A DNA stretch of 64,000 nt from Anaerolineales bacterium. Its GTDB lineage: Bacteria > Chloroflexota > Anaerolineae > Anaerolineales > Villigracilaceae. The translations under genes and the position numbers were made by a program. The stretch covers positions 65,465 through 129,464 of the forward strand of contig JACKAV010000009.1 of the NCBI GenBank assembly GCA_020634895.1, in the 5' to 3' direction. This document shows positions 1 to 8,730 of this stretch, piece by piece. The notes under the pieces are model-generated. The model saw nothing but the letters and a program-made list of their open reading frames with translations. It did no database searches and was not told where the DNA came from. Numbering within the stretch: position 1 is the stretch's first letter; each line of letters begins with the position of its first letter.

Positions 1-1049
1 AAAAAGTTTTAGTGTACGGCTCATACGGGTACACGGGGGAATTGATCGTTGAACATGCGGTTCGGGAAGGCTTGCAGTTGATCCTTGCCGGTCGCGACGA
101 AAAGCGACTGCGTGAACAAGCAGAAAAATACAAACTGGAATATCGCGCTTTTGCAGTGGAAGATACATCTGCGCTTGATACCGCTTTGCAGGAAGTGGAT
201 GCGGTGTTGCATTGTGCCGGTCCGTTCGTGTTGACGTTTCAGCCGATGGCGGAAGCATGCATCCGCAACAAAAAACATTACGTGGACATCAGCGGCGAGA
301 TCGAAGAGTTCGAAGCGCTGGCGTTGATGGATGAAAGGGCAAAACAAGCCGATGTGATGCTCCTGCCCGGCGGCGGCTTTGACGTGGTGCCGTCCGACTG
401 TTTGATCTCGTACACTGCCAAAAAGCTGCCGAATGCCACAGACTTAAAGCTTTATATCAAAACTATCGGCAGCGGAGTTTCACGCGGCACGGCTCGTTCG
501 GGCATCGAGAACAGCCACAGGCAGGGACGTATTCGCCGTGATGGGAAGATCGTCAGCGTGCCGAATTTATATGACAGCAAGTATATCGATTTTGGTCGCG
601 GACCAACGCGCTTGATCACGATGGGTTGGGGTGACGTCAGTACGGCATATTACAGTACAGGCATTCCAAACGTAACTGTGTACATGAGCTTTCCAAAAGT
701 GATGATCTCGCTGATGAAGTTCACGCGCGTGGCAGGACCGCTTTTATATTCTCGCGCCGCGCGTGATTTTGTAAAATGGCTGATCGGGATTTTCTTCGCG
801 CCGGGTCCGTCAAAGGAGAAAAACAAAACTGGCTTTGCTCTGCTTATCGCCGAAATAACCGACGGAACCAAAACCGTCCGCGCAAAACTACGCACGCCAG
901 AATCATATTATCTGACGGCGTTGACTTCAGTGGAGATCATGAAGCATATTCTTGAAGGCGATTATGAACCCGGTTTCCAAACTCCAAGCAAAGTGTACGG
1001 CGCAGATTTCATTTTGCAGTTCGGTGGGGTTGAACGCGAAGATTTGTAA
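1..1049 (+). CDS. Saccharopine dehydrogenase-like NAD(P)-dependent oxidoreductase (5' end lies upstream of the window)
   Basis: Frame is open from position 3 (KVLVYGSYGYTG Rossmann motif); LHCAGPF, YVDISGE and GFDVVPSD motifs are typical of this family. Confidence 0.8.
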   Translation, partial: KVLVYGSYGYTGELIVEHAVREGLQLILAGRDEKRLREQAEKYKLEYRAFAVEDTSALDTALQEVDAVLHCAGPFVLTFQPMAEACIRNKKHYVDISGEIEEFEALALMDERAKQADVMLLPGGGFDVVPSDCLISYTAKKLPNATDLKLYIKTIGSGVSRGTARSGIENSHRQGRIRRDGKIVSVPNLYDSKYIDFGRGPTRLITMGWGDVSTAYYSTGIPNVTVYMSFPKVMISLMKFTRVAGPLLYSRAARDFVKWLIGIFFAPGPSKEKNKTGFALLIAEITDGTKTVRAKLRTPESYYLTALTSVEIMKHILEGDYEPGFQTPSKVYGADFILQFGGVEREDL

Positions 1050-1053
1050 CGGA

Positions 1054-1100
1054 GTCAAAAGTCTCCCGACTTTTGACATCCAACGACAGGAGTCGTTGGA
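1054..1100. repeat. Two adjacent intergenic hairpins
   Basis: gtcaaaagtc-tccc-gacttttgac (1054-1077) and tccaacgac-agga-gtcgttgga (1079-1100). Confidence 0.7.
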
Positions 1101-1146
1101 ATCCTATTCCCCCTTATAATCACAAAAAACAACCAAAGGAGCATGA

Positions 1147-2283
1147 ATGAAATTTGAAACTCTCGCCATTCACGCAGGACAGGAACCCGACCCGAACAAC
1201 GGCGCGGTGATGACGCCGGTCTACCTCACATCCACGTATAAACAGGATGGAATTGGCAAACCGCGTCAGGGATATGAATATTCGCGCACGTTGAATCCCA
1301 CCCGCAAGGCGCTGCAGGATTGTCTCGCCGAACTCGAAAGCGGACAGTGGGGTCTGGCTTTCGCCTCGGGCATGGCAGCCACAGATACGGTCTTGCGAAT
1401 GCTGGGACAAGGCGACCATGTCGTTGCAGGCAATGACGTGTATGGCGGCACGTTCCGTTTGTTTGACAAGGTGCTGCGCCGCTTCGGTCTGGACTTTACA
1501 TTTGCTGACACGACCGATCCTGAGAACCTCGCCGAAGCCTTGACTCCGTCCACGCGCATCGTGTGGCTGGAGACTCCCACCAATCCCCTGCTGGCAGTTT
1601 CGGATATCCGCGCCGTGGCGGAGGTAGTGAAAAATCATCCCAGCAAGCCCTTGCTGGTCGTGGATAATACTTTCGCCACACCATACATTCAACGTCCGCT
1701 TGAGTTGGGCGCGGACTTGGTTGTCCATTCGATGACAAAATATCTCGGCGGTCACTCGGACGTGGTCGGCGGCGCAATCATCGGCAAAGATAAAGAACTC
1801 GGCGAGAAGTTGGCTTATTTACAAAACGCAATCGGCGGCATACAGGGACCGATGGATTCATTCCTCGTTTTGCGTGGAATTAAAACACTTCCCATCCGCA
1901 TGGACAGGCATGCGCAAAATGCCGAGAAGATCGTCGAATTTTTAGAGAAGCAGAAAAATGTCAAACGGCTGATTTACCCATTTCATGAGAGTCACCCACA
2001 GGTCCGCGTGGCGAGGCGGCAGATGAAAAACGGCGGCGGGATGATCTCGTTCATCATGAAAGACGGCCGTGATGCAGCGGTCAAAGTCGCGGAATCCACG
2101 AAGTTGTTCACATTGGCTGAGTCCCTTGGCGGCGTAGAATCGCTCATCGAAGTTCCGGCAGCGATGACGCATCTATCCACGCAAGGCTCCACGCTGGAGG
2201 TTGATCCCGGATTGGTTCGTATCTCGGTCGGCATCGAAAATGTGGATGACCTGCTGGCAGACCTTGAACAAGCGTTACGATAA
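1147..2283 (+). CDS. Cystathionine gamma-lyase/gamma-synthase (PLP-dependent, Cys/Met metabolism)
   Basis: YEYSRTLNPTR, FASGMAA, VDNTFATP, HSMTKYLGGHSD (PLP lysine), LAESLGGVESL. Confidence 0.92.
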   Translation: MKFETLAIHAGQEPDPNNGAVMTPVYLTSTYKQDGIGKPRQGYEYSRTLNPTRKALQDCLAELESGQWGLAFASGMAATDTVLRMLGQGDHVVAGNDVYGGTFRLFDKVLRRFGLDFTFADTTDPENLAEALTPSTRIVWLETPTNPLLAVSDIRAVAEVVKNHPSKPLLVVDNTFATPYIQRPLELGADLVVHSMTKYLGGHSDVVGGAIIGKDKELGEKLAYLQNAIGGIQGPMDSFLVLRGIKTLPIRMDRHAQNAEKIVEFLEKQKNVKRLIYPFHESHPQVRVARRQMKNGGGMISFIMKDGRDAAVKVAESTKLFTLAESLGGVESLIEVPAAMTHLSTQGSTLEVDPGLVRISVGIENVDDLLADLEQALR

Positions 2284-2287
2284 AACG

Positions 2288-2316
2288 AAGACCTCCCGTA
2301 CGGGAGGTCTTTTTTA
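2288..2316 (+). terminator. Intrinsic terminator / perfect 24-bp palindrome
   Basis: aagacctcccgt|acgggaggtctt followed by a T-tract, between convergent genes. Confidence 0.8.
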
Positions 2317-3561
2317 TTTGGCTTTTACTGCAACCAGTGTTACATCATCATCCTGCTTCGAGCCATCCTGATACTCCTGCAATGTTTCGAGCAGGGTATT
2401 GCAAACCTGCTGGGCATTTTGTTTCACCAGACCACTCAGCGTTTCGTTGATGCCTTCCAGACCAAACGCCGTGCCTTGCGGATCGCGGCAGTCGGTCATG
2501 CCGTCGGTATAAAGTAAAAGAGTATCACCAGAACCCAGCTTGACTGTTTTTTCGTCGACTGTTACCGGGTCCCATAAACCGATCGCCATGCCGGGACTAT
2601 GCGGCATGCGTTCCACACTGCCGTCGGCGTGGAGAATCAATGGCGGTTCGTGACCAGCCCGGGCGTAGGAAAAGACGCGGGTTTTCAAATCCAGAATGCC
2701 GTATAAAACCGTTACGAACTGCGAGGATTTTTGCAGGCGCGTGATATGGATGTTGACCAGTTTCATCACATCGGCGGGAGTGGGACCAATATCCGCCTCT
2801 GCCATGATGAGGGCATGGGCGCGCGCCATGAACAAAGCGGACGGCACGCCTTTATCTGCCACATCACCGATCAGAACACCGATGCGGTCATCCTTCAACG
2901 TGAAAACATCATAAAAATCACCGCCCACCTGACGAGCCGGAAGAATGCGCGCGCCAAAACTAAACTCTTCGGTATCCGGCAGAACATCGGGCAGAATGCT
3001 GAGTTGGATCTCTGCCGCGAGTTGGAGTTCACGTTCGAGGCGCTCCTTCTCGATCAATTGTGCCTGCGCCGCTTTTAATTCGTCATAGGCTTTTTGCAGC
3101 ATCTGGTTCTTGAGAACAAGATCGTGGAACGCCGCTTCGTTGGACGACTCAAGCCGCTCGCTGATAACCTCCACCATGGAATATGCGAGATGGGGCCAAC
3201 GCGTCAGACATTCATTGAATTTATCGCGTGACATCATCCACAACTGGCTGTCTTCCATGGTGCGCACAGCGGCGGTCCGCTTGCCCTGTTTGAGAATGAG
3301 ACTCATCTCACCCACATACTCGCCAGGACCGCAAGCCCGCAAGTGCATTTCGTCGCTCGTGCCGCCTGCCAGCACTACTTCGATCCTTCCGCTTTTTACA
3401 ACATATAAACTATTTCCCGGTTCGCCTTCATAGAAGAGATAATCGCCAGCTTTGTATGATTCAACGGGCAGTTCATTTACCAGAGAAACAAGATCCTGGC
3501 GGGAAAGGTCTTTGAAAAGTGGGATCTTAAGGAAAACAGAAGTATCGGATGATTCGCTCAT
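2314..3561 (-). CDS. cNMP-binding domain plus SpoIIE/PP2C phosphatase
   Basis: N-terminal GEYVGEMSL..KRTAAV cNMP cassette; coiled coil; VGGDFYD, IGDVADKG, YTDG and DDVT PP2C motifs. Confidence 0.9.
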   Translation of the reverse strand: MSESSDTSVFLKIPLFKDLSRQDLVSLVNELPVESYKAGDYLFYEGEPGNSLYVVKSGRIEVVLAGGTSDEMHLRACGPGEYVGEMSLILKQGKRTAAVRTMEDSQLWMMSRDKFNECLTRWPHLAYSMVEVISERLESSNEAAFHDLVLKNQMLQKAYDELKAAQAQLIEKERLERELQLAAEIQLSILPDVLPDTEEFSFGARILPARQVGGDFYDVFTLKDDRIGVLIGDVADKGVPSALFMARAHALIMAEADIGPTPADVMKLVNIHITRLQKSSQFVTVLYGILDLKTRVFSYARAGHEPPLILHADGSVERMPHSPGMAIGLWDPVTVDEKTVKLGSGDTLLLYTDGMTDCRDPQGTAFGLEGINETLSGLVKQNAQQVCNTLLETLQEYQDGSKQDDDVTLVAVKAK

Positions 3562-4211
3562 GACTTTGCATCTCCTCGCAAGTCCATCACTTCACGACCT
3601 GCCAGCTTATCCTGTATCCGTTGGGCGACAAGATTCAAATGGCTTGGGTAATTGACATAATCCAAATCGTCGGTATGGATGGTGAGAACAGGACAAAGGT
3701 CGAAGGAGCCGAGCCACTCGTCATAGAATGATTCCAGCAACGTGAGATAGTCGGAGGAAATACCCGTCTCCATGTTCCGCGCGCGGCGGTGGATGCGGTC
3801 CATGAGAACCGAAACCGGCGCCTTGAGATAGATCAACAAGTCGGGGCGTGGAAGTCCATCCACTACGATGTTATACAAATGGCGGTATGCCAGATAATCG
3901 CGCTCGTTCAAATTGCCAAGATGGTGCAGCGCCCGCGCAAAAATATGGGCGTCTTCATAAATACTGCGGTCAAGGATCGCGGAACGCGCATCACGCGCTG
4001 CGACCAGATATTGGTCGGCGCGGTGTCCTAAAAAGAAGATCTGCAAATGAAATGACCACGTCCGCATGTCCCCATAAAAATCGGGCAGATAAGGATTATC
4101 CGCCACCGATTCATATCCCGTCCACCAGCCAAGGCGCGCTCCGATGCGTTCCGTTAATGTTGTTTTGCCCGCGCCAATGTTCCCAGCCACCAATACAAGA
4201 TGTTTAGCCAT
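3558..4211 (-). CDS. Deoxynucleoside kinase (dAK/dGK family)
   Basis: AGNIGAGKTT P-loop, DRSIYED, PDLLIYL; 4-nt overlap with the downstream phosphatase gene. Confidence 0.9.
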   Translation of the reverse strand: MAKHLVLVAGNIGAGKTTLTERIGARLGWWTGYESVADNPYLPDFYGDMRTWSFHLQIFFLGHRADQYLVAARDARSAILDRSIYEDAHIFARALHHLGNLNERDYLAYRHLYNIVVDGLPRPDLLIYLKAPVSVLMDRIHRRARNMETGISSDYLTLLESFYDEWLGSFDLCPVLTIHTDDLDYVNYPSHLNLVAQRIQDKLAGREVMDLRGDAKS

Positions 4212-4286
4212 AGTTTAGTGATTTTATCATGTCAAAAGGTTGCGGGTATAATTTCTGTACACTTTTGCTTACACAGGAGATCTTTC

Positions 4287-4685
4287 ATGAAAATTCGCGA
4301 CGCATCCGGCTGGACCATGTTCATCTTTGGCGTGCTTGCATTCCTGCTCGGTGTGATCGGTATCTTTCGCCCGGAAATTCTGCTTTCGATCCTTGGCTTT
4401 GAAGTCGTCGAACGCGCCGCCCGTGCCAGCTCCGATTACACCATCACCTATATGACCGCCGCATCCATGGCTTCATTGAACATGGGCGTGTATTACATAC
4501 TTGCCGCGCTGAACGATGTCAAGATCTTCTACCGCTGGACAGTCCCTTTCCGCGGGTTGACATTCATCGTTTTCACCACCATCGTCCTGCTCGGAATTGC
4601 ACCCATTAAGTTCGTCGGCGTTGCCCTTTGGGAAGGTATCGGCGCTCTCGCAACAGGCATTGCGCTGCGAAAAGAAAAAAAATAA
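4287..4685 (+). CDS. Small multi-pass membrane protein, hypothetical
   Basis: SD aggaga precedes ATG 4287; about four hydrophobic segments. Confidence 0.65.
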   Translation: MKIRDASGWTMFIFGVLAFLLGVIGIFRPEILLSILGFEVVERAARASSDYTITYMTAASMASLNMGVYYILAALNDVKIFYRWTVPFRGLTFIVFTTIVLLGIAPIKFVGVALWEGIGALATGIALRKEKK

Positions 4686-4689
4686 ATTC

Positions 4690-5307
4690 ATGAAATATAG
4701 AACCATCCTCACAAGCTTGATACTGGTCATTGGGGCATTCCTGTTTTCGTGCGCCAATAATCAAGAGGATCAAACCACCGCCCTGGATACGGATGCCATC
4801 CGCACCCAGGCAGTTTCGACGTACGCCTCATCCCTGACCGGGCTTGCTCCAACCTCCACGCCTTTCCCCACGCTGACGCCTGTCTCTCTCACCAAAGAAG
4901 GACCCACCCTCACATTGGAGCCGTCCGCCACACCGAACCCGTGCTTCAACCTTCTCTACATTGACGACGTCACGGTCGAAGATGGGACCCGAATGAAGGC
5001 AGGCGAGGTCTTTACAAAAACATGGCTTGTGCAAAATATCGGCGGCTGCGCCTGGAGAGCCGGATTTACCTTCCAGAACGTCGGCGGCGACTCGATGCGC
5101 GGCGCCACCGTCACATTGACCGAGGCGATTCCCACCGGCGCGAAACGCGAACTCTCCGTCGAACTCGTGGTTCCAAGCGGAATCAACGGCATCATCGAAA
5201 GTTCATGGCGCATGGCGGACGATACAGGCTCGTTCTTCGGCGACACGTTGACGGTTCAGATCATCGTCGGCAACGTGACAACGCCAGCAGTGACAAGTAC
5301 TCCATAG
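4690..5307 (+). CDS. Lipoprotein with NBR1-Ig-like domain
   Basis: Lipobox FLFSC, Pro/Thr linker, DVTVEDGT...FTKTWLVQNIGGCAW...SSWRM...FFGD pattern. Confidence 0.8.
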   Translation: MKYRTILTSLILVIGAFLFSCANNQEDQTTALDTDAIRTQAVSTYASSLTGLAPTSTPFPTLTPVSLTKEGPTLTLEPSATPNPCFNLLYIDDVTVEDGTRMKAGEVFTKTWLVQNIGGCAWRAGFTFQNVGGDSMRGATVTLTEAIPTGAKRELSVELVVPSGINGIIESSWRMADDTGSFFGDTLTVQIIVGNVTTPAVTSTP

Positions 5308-5312
5308 AATGC

Positions 5313-5341
5313 AAAAGACGCGGACAAAATCCGCGTCTTTT
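5313..5341. terminator. Bidirectional intrinsic terminator
   Basis: aaaagacgcgga-caaaa-tccgcgtctttt between convergent genes. Confidence 0.8.
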
Positions 5342-5354
5342 ATTTTATTAAATC

Positions 5355-5774
5355 CTATTGCGAGACAGCAGGAGCGCCAAACGACTCGATCGCGACCTTG
5401 GTTCTGTCATTCGGGTCATACTTGACCATTAACGAAGCACCGGGCACCAACATTCCCACCTGAAAACGTCCTACAACCGCTGTAGTTTCCGCTTCAAAAG
5501 CGTCACCGCCCATGGGCATTACACGCAAGCGGATACGCGCCTGCGGATTATCGTTCAACGTCACGCCGGTATCTTGAACCGACATAACCACCGCCGGAGC
5601 AGATACTCCGTTTTGAAGAACATTTTTATTACCAGCCATATTCTTAAATGTGCTGCCGAATACTTTATAGATCAAGAAACCCGTCCCAGCCAGTGTAACG
5701 AGCGTGACAAGACAACCACAAACCAGGGATACAACTGTAATTAATATCGAAGTGCCGCCAATAAAAGGCTCCAT
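5355..5774 (-). CDS. Membrane-anchored hypothetical protein (DUF3592-like)
   Basis: N-terminal TM segment; DTGVTLNDNP and VKYDPND motifs; SD ggag before ATG 5774. Confidence 0.6.
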   Translation of the reverse strand: MEPFIGGTSILITVVSLVCGCLVTLVTLAGTGFLIYKVFGSTFKNMAGNKNVLQNGVSAPAVVMSVQDTGVTLNDNPQARIRLRVMPMGGDAFEAETTAVVGRFQVGMLVPGASLMVKYDPNDRTKVAIESFGAPAVSQ

Positions 5775-5897
5775 TTTTTCACTCTCCAAAAGATGATTTT
5801 ATATATTTCCATTCTATCCATGCGGCATAAAAATAAAACTCCCCCGTTTGGGGGAAGATTTGGATTGCAAAGCTATTAATTCGGTAAAATCGAAACC

Positions 5898-6299
5898 ATG
5901 CCTATCTCCTCCATCTATACCAAAACTTTTACAATTCCCTCCTCCGCCATTGACGAGAACGGACACGTCAACAACGTGGTCTATGTGCAATGGATGCAGG
6001 ATATTGCCGTCGAGCATTACTCATCCATTGGCGGCGTCGAAGCGCAGGGACCCGATTCCACATGGGTTATCCGCAAACACAGCATCGAATATTTCCTGCC
6101 CGCATTCGAGGGCGAGGAAGTTGAAGTCCGCACATGGGTGGAGAATCTCCGCAAGGTGCGGTCACTGCGCATGTATGAATTTGTGCGAAAAAGCGACGGG
6201 AAGGTTTTGGTAAAAGGCGAAACGGATTGGGTCTTTATGGACGCGAAAACGGGAAAATTAAAGGCGATTCCAATTGAGGTGGAAAAGGTTTTTCGATAA
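5898..6299 (+). CDS. Acyl-CoA thioesterase (hotdog fold, 4HBT/YbgC family)
   Basis: IDENGHVNNVVY motif. Confidence 0.85.
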   Translation: MPISSIYTKTFTIPSSAIDENGHVNNVVYVQWMQDIAVEHYSSIGGVEAQGPDSTWVIRKHSIEYFLPAFEGEEVEVRTWVENLRKVRSLRMYEFVRKSDGKVLVKGETDWVFMDAKTGKLKAIPIEVEKVFR

Positions 6300-6303
6300 A
6301 TAT

Positions 6304-6326
6304 GTAGGGCAGGCTTGCAGCCAGCC
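6304..6326 (+). repeat. GTAG-type REP-like element
   Basis: gtag-ggcaggc-ttgca-gccagcc (23 nt: GTAG plus 7-bp stem plus 5-nt loop). Confidence 0.6.
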
Positions 6327-6376
6327 ATGTATTTCTAGGAGAGTGTTTCTTAGTCCCTAATTGTCTCATCTTTGTA

Positions 6377-6464
6377 CATGGAAAACACGGATTTCACGGA
6401 ACTACGCGGAAAAAACCGTTAAAAAGACCTGTTCTTGTCCGTGTTTTCCATGAATTCCGTGTCC
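6377..6464. repeat. CACGGA/TCCGTG inverted repeat element
   Basis: Perfect 15-bp inverted repeat catggaaaacacgga (6377-6391) / tccgtgttttccatg (6438-6452), with extra cacgga/tccgtg units. Confidence 0.7.
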
Positions 6465-6482
6465 AAAAAGACTTTAAAATCT

Positions 6483-6505
6483 GTCACGCTAAAAGCGTGA
6501 CCTAC
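6483..6505 (-). repeat. GTAG-type REP-like element
   Basis: Exact reverse complement of 13491-13513; its GTAG supplies the TAG stop of the glycosyltransferase. Confidence 0.75.
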
Positions 6506-7665
6506 AAACTCAATCGCTCATATACTTTTAGCAGTTTCTTTTGGGACTCGTGCCATGTGAATTTCTCGCGGACATGCGCCGCCGCGGACTCAGCCAGACG
6601 ATTTGATAATTCCATATCTTTCAATAATACGTTTGCCTGACGCGCCAGATCATCCGGGTCGTTGGGCGAGAAAAGCAAACCATCCACATCTTCGCGAACG
6701 AGTTCGCGGACGATGGGCATGTTCGAAGCAAGGAGCGGTCGTCCCGCCGCCATGTATTCAAGTACCTTGATCGGGCAGGCGCCTTGAGTCACATTTCGGT
6801 CATTCAAACCAAGCGGCGCTACGCAGATATCGGCTTGCGAGACCAAGGCGGGAATCTCATGATGCGGAACCGCAGGCTGGACGATCACGTGCTCGTCCAA
6901 ACCCAATTTGCGGATCTGCTTCGCCAGCATCTTGCGTTGACGTGAACGTCCACGCCCGACGATCTGTAACTTCACCGGCTGTTGTTCCAGGATTTTCGGC
7001 AAAGCCTTGATGACAATATCCAAGCCCTGCCAATCTGCCAATGTGCCGATGTAAAGCAGAACGGGTTCACGTCCTGCACGGGGTGGCAGCGGAGTGACGG
7101 GAAAATCTGAAGGGCTGACTCCGTTCGGGATGACAGTGACCAGCTTCCGGCTGAGTCCGAGCGAGGCGATGTAATCGCGAGTCACGTTCGATGGGCAGAT
7201 GATGGCGTCGCTCAGGTGCAGAGTCGCGATCTCCTGTTCCTTTATCTTGGCAAGCAGTTCCGAATCCATGCCGGGGTAGTGATATTTAAGCTCAATGGAC
7301 GGCAGTCCATTTACCTCGAAAAGTGTTTTGTACCCGAATTTCTTTTTGTTCTGTGTGATGTGAAAACCATCCCAAATATTGCGAAAATGGACGACATCAT
7401 AATCAGAATGAAGCGCGAGATGCGAAAGGACGGATTTGCCAAAATGCACGGCGCGGGCGAGAAAGTTCTGCGAAAGGTCCTGGCTGATGCGCGTGACCTG
7501 CGCGCCCTCAATAGTATCTTCGGGGGGGAGCAAGCCGTCGTTAGGCGTGATAAGATGGACGTGAAAATTCCCATTGACCAGTCCGCGCAAATTGTGGAGA
7601 ATATGGGTACTCGCCCCCTTGGGGCTGGGCACAATATCGAAGGCAGTATAAAGAACGTTCGTCAT
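6502..7665 (-). CDS. Glycosyltransferase family 4 (GT-B fold)
   Basis: VIPNGV, LYIGTLADWQGL, PIKVLEYMAAGRP. Confidence 0.9.
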   Translation of the reverse strand: MTNVLYTAFDIVPSPKGASTHILHNLRGLVNGNFHVHLITPNDGLLPPEDTIEGAQVTRISQDLSQNFLARAVHFGKSVLSHLALHSDYDVVHFRNIWDGFHITQNKKKFGYKTLFEVNGLPSIELKYHYPGMDSELLAKIKEQEIATLHLSDAIICPSNVTRDYIASLGLSRKLVTVIPNGVSPSDFPVTPLPPRAGREPVLLYIGTLADWQGLDIVIKALPKILEQQPVKLQIVGRGRSRQRKMLAKQIRKLGLDEHVIVQPAVPHHEIPALVSQADICVAPLGLNDRNVTQGACPIKVLEYMAAGRPLLASNMPIVRELVREDVDGLLFSPNDPDDLARQANVLLKDMELSNRLAESAAAHVREKFTWHESQKKLLKVYERLSL

Positions 7666-7782
7666 ATAAGGTTATCCACCGCAGAGCCCTCCAAGGGCAT
7701 GGGTTTTGAAGTTTTTTTCTGGTGTTCTTCGCGTGCTTAGCGGTTCAAATTTATTACGTGAGATTATAACTCGGAGGAATGC

Positions 7783-8730
7783 ATGGACGGTTTGATTTGC
7801 GGACTTATTGTCGCAGGTATCGTTGTCATTTCGTTGTTCTTCTACCTGCTTAACACCGCACGCAAAAAGGGGAATACAGACAAGAATCAATTTGGCAAAA
7901 AACAATACGCACCGGTTTACATCTCCATTGCAGACAAACCAGATTCGATCATCCGCGGCATGAACAAGTTCGTAGCCGAAGTGAATCGCACGGAAACCTC
8001 CGGCGATAAGTGGCGCTGGATTCCAATGCTCATTTTTTTGGCAGGTATCGGCTTGGCATGTATCGACCTGCTGCTCCTGTTGTTCGGATATAGATCCTTC
8101 GTTTTCAGCATCGGCGGATTGATGCTTTGGATCGCCGCTTTTGTGATGGCACGCGTTCTGCGCCGCAGCGACCTGCTGGATTTCTCTCCGCGCTACGGAG
8201 GCACAAAAGAACTCCTGCACACGCTTCGGGACGACCTCAAGCCTGGCACTACATTTCTCGGTCATCTCGACCTGACGGGTTCCATGCTCCAAACCAAAGT
8301 GGCGCGTGAAACCAAAGACACCCGCGACCGCGTCACGCAATTATTCAACGACCCCTGGCTTTCCCTCAAGGCAAAACTCTACGACGGCAATGTACTGCGC
8401 GTTTCCGCCATTCAAAAAACGAAGAAGCGCAAATCCTATTGGAAGCGCAGCCGCGTCAGCGGAAAGATGAAGATGAAGCCGGAAAAATTCAAAGGCGCAC
8501 AGCAACAGTTGAAAGTGCGCATCGTGGTCAACCCTGAGGCGTATGTCATCAAACCGAATGCCCAGTTCACACAAGGCAAGGACGTGGGCAAGTACAAGGT
8601 CGTACAGCTTGATACCAGCGGCGGCATGATCAACATCCTCGCCGTCTCCCCCTTCGAAGAAGTGGAACACAATCAAATCCTAAGTTTTCTTAAATCAGCA
8701 TACAGTTTATTGGAGAGAAAGGCTGCATAA
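7783..8730 (+). CDS. Hypothetical membrane protein with a very basic cytoplasmic segment
   Basis: Three TM-like segments; KKTKKRKSYWKRSR stretch; abuts the next gene. Confidence 0.7.
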   Translation: MDGLICGLIVAGIVVISLFFYLLNTARKKGNTDKNQFGKKQYAPVYISIADKPDSIIRGMNKFVAEVNRTETSGDKWRWIPMLIFLAGIGLACIDLLLLLFGYRSFVFSIGGLMLWIAAFVMARVLRRSDLLDFSPRYGGTKELLHTLRDDLKPGTTFLGHLDLTGSMLQTKVARETKDTRDRVTQLFNDPWLSLKAKLYDGNVLRVSAIQKTKKRKSYWKRSRVSGKMKMKPEKFKGAQQQLKVRIVVNPEAYVIKPNAQFTQGKDVGKYKVVQLDTSGGMINILAVSPFEEVEHNQILSFLKSAYSLLERKAA

